DNA of 32,000 nucleotides. Origin: Raphidiopsis brookii D9. GTDB lineage: Bacteria > Cyanobacteriota > Cyanobacteriia > Cyanobacteriales > Nostocaceae. The translations under genes were made by a program, and so were the position numbers. Where the stretch lies: NCBI GenBank assembly GCA_000175855.1, contig ACYB01000042.1, positions 60,001 to 92,000 of the forward strand, read 5' to 3'. Positions within the stretch are counted from its first letter, which is position 1. Each line of letters starts with the position of its first letter. Below are positions 30,575 to 32,000 of this stretch, one piece after another. The notes beneath the pieces were generated by a model. That model saw only the letters and a list, made by a program, of their open reading frames with translations. It was not told the DNA's origin and ran no database searches.

Positions 30575-30811
30575 TCACCATTCCCAAGTCCCTTGTATTG
30601 TTGCACTCATGGTTTTTTCACTCATTTCAAAGACAATTTTAGTATTCTTGTGTTGATACATTGCCTCCATGGATGCTTTCCACTGATCATGGTCTAAGTC
30701 AGTGTAGAGTTCTCCACTCTCAGCTTTAGCGCTGATGGTGAACTGGTGGTTTTTTTTGTGGCGGGGGTCAGTAATGTCCTCATGATTGTTGAACAAGTCT
30801 TTAGCTGTCAT
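30575..30811 (-). CDS. Conserved hypothetical small protein
   Basis: Likely start at MTAKDLFNNHEDITDPRHKKNHQF (Met16 of the ORF-track entry), compact ORF ending TIQGTWEW. Confidence 0.6.
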   Translation of the reverse strand: MTAKDLFNNHEDITDPRHKKNHQFTISAKAESGELYTDLDHDQWKASMEAMYQHKNTKIVFEMSEKTMSATIQGTWEW

Positions 30812-30943
30812 AGATTCAACCTTTTTTCTGGTATTATCTGGTATTAATAGTACCATAATATATCAAATACTTAATTCTTGAAGTCTAAAATTATGAACTA
30901 CAAAAATCAACCGCTTACCGATGACCCAGAAAATGCCAGTTGG

Positions 30944-32000
30944 TTAATATGTCAACAATCTATGTAAGATTTGCTCCAAGACTACAGCAGTCCAATCAAT
31001 ATCCGCTACTGTCGTTTGTTTCCCTATGGTTAATCTAATTCCCCCTAAAGCCAATCTTCTATCGTAACCCATGGACACTAACACTGGACTGGGAATTAAT
31101 TTACCGCTGTTACAAGCTGCACCTGCACTAATACCAATACCAGCTAAATTTAACTGACGTACTAGAGTCTTGCCACTTATTTTTTCTCCATCCGCATACT
31201 CGATACAAAAACTAACATGGTGTGGCAATCTTTCCACCATGTCCCCCGTGGGAATTAAACCCGGAATATTTGCTAACTTACTAAATAGGCGATCGCGCAA
31301 CTGAATTAATCGTGTTCTTTCTATTTCCAGTTCTTGACCTGCCAATTTTGCAGCGACTCCAAAACCTGCTATAGCTGGTAGTGCTTGTGTGCCAGAGCGG
31401 AGATTATTCTCTTGGCCTCCTCCACCTATGAGGGGTATTAACTCCACCCCTGGACGAACATATAAAGCACCCGCACCCAAAGGTCCATAAATTTTGTGAC
31501 TAGATAAGCTTAATAGATCTACTGGTAGACTATTGACATTTAATGGTAGTCTTCCGCCAACTTGTACGGCATCAGTGTGAAATAAAACATTGTTTGACTT
31601 AGTTATTTTAGCCAGGTCTAGTATGGGTTGGACTGTACCCACTTCACTTTGTCCATAAATGATAGATACTAGAACAGTGTTATCCCTAAAAGCCAGTTTT
31701 AGATCTTCCGGATTGACCCTAGCTTTTCTATCCACTTGTAAACGGGTAATTTGCCAACCCCAATTTTCCAGCATGCTTATGGGTGCAGAAATTGCCGAGT
31801 GTTCCACACTGGAAATAATGATATGTTGAGGTTGGTGATAATATTGTGCCACGCCCATAATTGCTAAATTGTCTGATTCAGTTCCCCCCGAAGTAAAAAT
31901 GATAGATTCTGGAACAGCATTGATTAACCCTGCTACTTGTATTCTGGCAGTTTCCAAAATTAATGCTGCACGATTACCCCATTGGTGCAAGCTGGAGGGG
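30944..32000 (-). CDS. Cysteine desulfurase (NifS/IscS family), 5' end beyond window
   Basis: ...PSSLHQWGNRAALILETARIQVAGLINA, IIFTSGGTESDNLAI, SSVEHSAI, SSHKIYGPLGAGALYVR, GGGQENNLRSGTQ. The reading frame stays open to base 32000 (PSSL before HQWG), so the ORF-track start at 31990 is artificial. Confidence 0.93.
   Translation of the reverse strand, partial: PSSLHQWGNRAALILETARIQVAGLINAVPESIIFTSGGTESDNLAIMGVAQYYHQPQHIIISSVEHSAISAPISMLENWGWQITRLQVDRKARVNPEDLKLAFRDNTVLVSIIYGQSEVGTVQPILDLAKITKSNNVLFHTDAVQVGGRLPLNVNSLPVDLLSLSSHKIYGPLGAGALYVRPGVELIPLIGGGGQENNLRSGTQALPAIAGFGVAAKLAGQELEIERTRLIQLRDRLFSKLANIPGLIPTGDMVERLPHHVSFCIEYADGEKISGKTLVRQLNLAGIGISAGAACNSGKLIPSPVLVSMGYDRRLALGGIRLTIGKQTTVADIDWTAVVLEQILHRLLTY

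Noticed and set aside
7961-31300. Scattered GCGATCGC octamers as a special regulatory array
   Set aside because: These are HIP1 palindromes common throughout many cyanobacterial genomes. Here they occur both inside and outside genes without clustering.
31984-31990. Start codon of the cysteine desulfurase at 31990 (TTG)
   Set aside because: The frame remains open to the window edge with conserved PSS preceding HQWG; the gene is truncated by the window.
1-32000. CRISPR array, phage genes, toxin-antitoxin or restriction-modification systems
   Set aside because: I looked for regularly spaced repeats and for nuclease, integrase and methylase motifs on both strands and saw none.

Overview
This window looks like ordinary chromosomal DNA from a filamentous (Nostocales-type) cyanobacterium. 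The lineage is inferred from gene content: psbX-ycf66, petP, chlG, PAM68, cyAbrB and HIP1 GCGATCGC sites. Recognisable content, left to right: a thiamine-diphosphate 2-oxoacid decarboxylase-like gene next to a Leu/Phe/Val dehydrogenase (scyA/scyB-like pairing), a SIMPL protein, a peptidoglycan-binding protein, a Ca2+/H+ antiporter, a GH57/DUF3536-type glycosidase, DAHP synthase, PAM68, rpsO, a divergent TRAP transporter (dctQM / dctP), a DMT/EamA permease bounded by a ~123-bp direct repeat, leuS, a small double-glycine leader peptide with a His/Tyr/Cys-rich core, an alpha/beta hydrolase, pyrH-frr, cyAbrB, an sdhB-like gene, two TolB/PD40-like lipoproteins, ycf66, psbX, accC, tRNA-Leu(GAG), trpF, chlG, an ArsA-like ATPase, petP and a cysteine desulfurase (partial). 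Three observations stand out. (1) An orphan RiPP/bacteriocin-like precursor lies at 18337-18546. (2) A permease cassette sits between long direct repeats. (3) At least six loci, including the expectedly essential accC, carry 1-nt homopolymer length errors. In chlG and the ArsA-like gene the indels compensate each other, giving short out-of-frame protein patches inside otherwise open ORFs. I found no CRISPR array, transposase, phage module or defence island.
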